A stretch of 63,778 bases of DNA, the filler included, from Circinaria calcarea (lineage: Eukaryota): assembly GCA_051942165.1 (NCBI GenBank). It is 54 parts of 54 records of this genome, joined end to end, with 100 filler letters (N's around TTAATTAATTAA, not from the genome) between each part and the next. Parts side by side here need not be neighbours in the genome. Positions count along the whole stretch, not along the records: positions 61,541 to 62,609 come from JAVECS010005380.1; positions 62,710 to 63,778 come from JAVECS010005381.1; 52 more parts are not named here. The stretch is one strand, 5' to 3'. A program made the translations under genes and the position numbers. Positions 62,194 through 63,778 of the stretch are shown piece after piece (the stretch's first letter is position 1; the number at the start of each line of letters is the position of its first letter). Under the pieces are notes generated by a model. That model made no database searches and had not been told where the DNA came from. It worked only from the letters and a program-made list of their open reading frames with translations.

Positions 62194-62609
62194 TTATCCG
62201 AAAACCTCCATTATAAAGTAGTATTCAATCCGGCTCCCATTCTTCTTACCCTTAGCAGTCAACAACCGACATTGGTCTGCCAATACCTCGCCGATGACGG
62301 GTGCGCCACAAAAGAAAACACCGATTTTCAGCCTGTGATCGCCGTCGTCGTTCTTTCTCGACGCCAATATCCTACACATGTCCACATAGTGCTCGTCTAA
62401 GACGCGCACGAAATCTGGACGACCAAAATGCGTGGGATTAATAAGGCCCGTGAGCGGCGACGCCGGACGCTCCTCCGTCCGGTGCATCTCAAGCAGCCAG
62501 CGATAGATGTGCGTTGAGATGTTCTTCCGCTTTTGAGTCACGTACGTATGAATGCGGATGTCAAGGTGAGGATTTGGATCATGCCGATGCAATGCCTGAG
62601 ATCTAGATA
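62194..62609 (-). CDS. noxC: NADPH oxidase C-terminus, NoxC/Nox3-like
   Basis: 'IHTYVT', 'SPLTGL..THFGRPDF', 'IGVFFCG', terminal 'YYFIMEVFG*'. Confidence 0.8.
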
Positions 62610-63249
62610 NNNNNNNNNNNNNNNNNNNNNNNNNNNNNNNNNNNNNNNNNNNNTTAATTAATTAANNNNNNNNNNNNNNNNNNNNNNNNNNNNNNNNNNN
62701 NNNNNNNNNGTAGGAAGGTGGGTGGGGGAAAGGAGGCTGGGTATGTGCTAGGTAGAATAGTGGTTTGTTTTCTGTGGAAATGGAGCGGTTTGTTTTACAT
62801 GTCCTCGATAGACACGTTCTTATGGGGCCCCCCCAGGTATCAGGTATCCAGGGCGCATAATGATACTTTTGGAGTGTGATCGCAGACTGGAAACTCCCCC
62901 ATCCTTAGTCCAATCTCCCACCCCACCCCCGCGGGCCTCTCTGCCATTCCACTTACTTTAGTGCGGCCCCTTCCTCCCTTCCTCTCCATCTTACCTACTC
63001 ACTCCATCGATCAAGAGCAAATCCAGGATTTCGGATAGATCAATCCCGCTCGGGTGAAAGAGGAACCTACTCATGTTGGCATATGAGGCAAAGGCCCGCC
63101 AATAGTGCAGCCAGTCCAGTTGCGGAGCAGTAAATTGTACTGTCTTGGCAGTGTATGCTTCCACCACCGCACTGACAGTGCACATCTGACAGTATAGCTA
63201 TTCTTGCTGAGCATTGGTAAATAGCCTCGGTCATCGGATATTGATAGTC

Positions 63250-63586
63250 CCACGGGGTAAAAAGAGGTGGGGAAATGGGCTGGTGGCGTTATAAGGCTAT
63301 ACGTAGGGCTGCACTGGCAGTGTAGCGCAGTGAACCACCATGGCATTGAACTGCCAGTATGCGTACTGCACCAACTGCATCGAGGACTAGTATCTCACCA
63401 GCAACTTTGCAGGACTCATCCATTGAAAGTAGCGGAGTCAAATGGGATGTACGGGACTGTGAAGGTAAGCCATGGGCGCGTTTAGAAGTCGAGGGCGAGG
63501 AGGTTGCTGGGTTACTAGTAAAATTCTTACAAAAAGAAATAGGTAACCCCAAAAAAACAGAGACATTAATAAGGGAATGGAGATAG
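63250..63586 (+). pseudogene. Possible degenerate 3' end of a LINE ORF2
   Basis: Frameshifted Cys/His-containing fragments followed by 'LLVKFLQK'; weak. Confidence 0.2.
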
Positions 63587-63778
63587 TTGTTTGAGACTCG
63601 GTGATATCGCACGCTACTCGCTTCCTATTTAAAGAATACTTTACGTGTTTGATTACGCCCGAAATAAATCCTCACATAGAGGTAGATCTCCATGTGGTTT
63701 TGGTCGCTACCCACACCAGCTTTGGAATCAATATTGAATTTTATTTTGAAAATATTCCCACTTCATTTATCAATGGTA

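Noticed and set aside
1144..62665. Regularly spaced TTAATTAATTAA resembling a repeat-spacer (CRISPR-like) array
   Set aside because: Always centred in 44+44 N; a synthetic six-frame stop linker

Overview
This is not a natural locus. It is an artificial concatenation of 54 short contigs, sorted by length from about 1099 down to 1069 bp, joined by 53 identical 100-bp linkers (44 N + TTAATTAATTAA + 44 N, a stop in all six frames). Adjacency across linkers is meaningless, and ORFs ending in 'XXXLIN' are artefacts. Most contigs are fragments of filamentous ascomycete nuclear DNA with short GT-AG introns. Recognisable gene pieces: P1B Cu-ATPase, MSH5, REI1, AZUL-HECT E3, RSE1, MSS51, VIP1, malate synthase, NCL1/TRM4, TFB4, CRO1/She4, a Ppr5-like PPR protein, NPR3, an M18 aminopeptidase, NoxC, an NRPS-like T-TE end and a complete two-LysM secreted protein. 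Transposon remains include a Tad1-like LINE ORF1/ORF2 junction, two solo-LTR families recurring across contigs, and RIP-like AT-rich tracts. Three AT-rich contigs look different from the rest: (i) 7187-8282, a non-coding element with 274-bp direct repeats around covarying hairpins; (ii) 1200-2297, a winged-helix (D5/P4 primase C-terminal-like) ORF broken by an 11-bp duplication; (iii) 13160-14247, with a 35-bp inverted repeat, a long hairpin and a tRNA-like T-arm. No multi-gene novel system can be supported from this window. All gene names come from motif recognition, not database searches.
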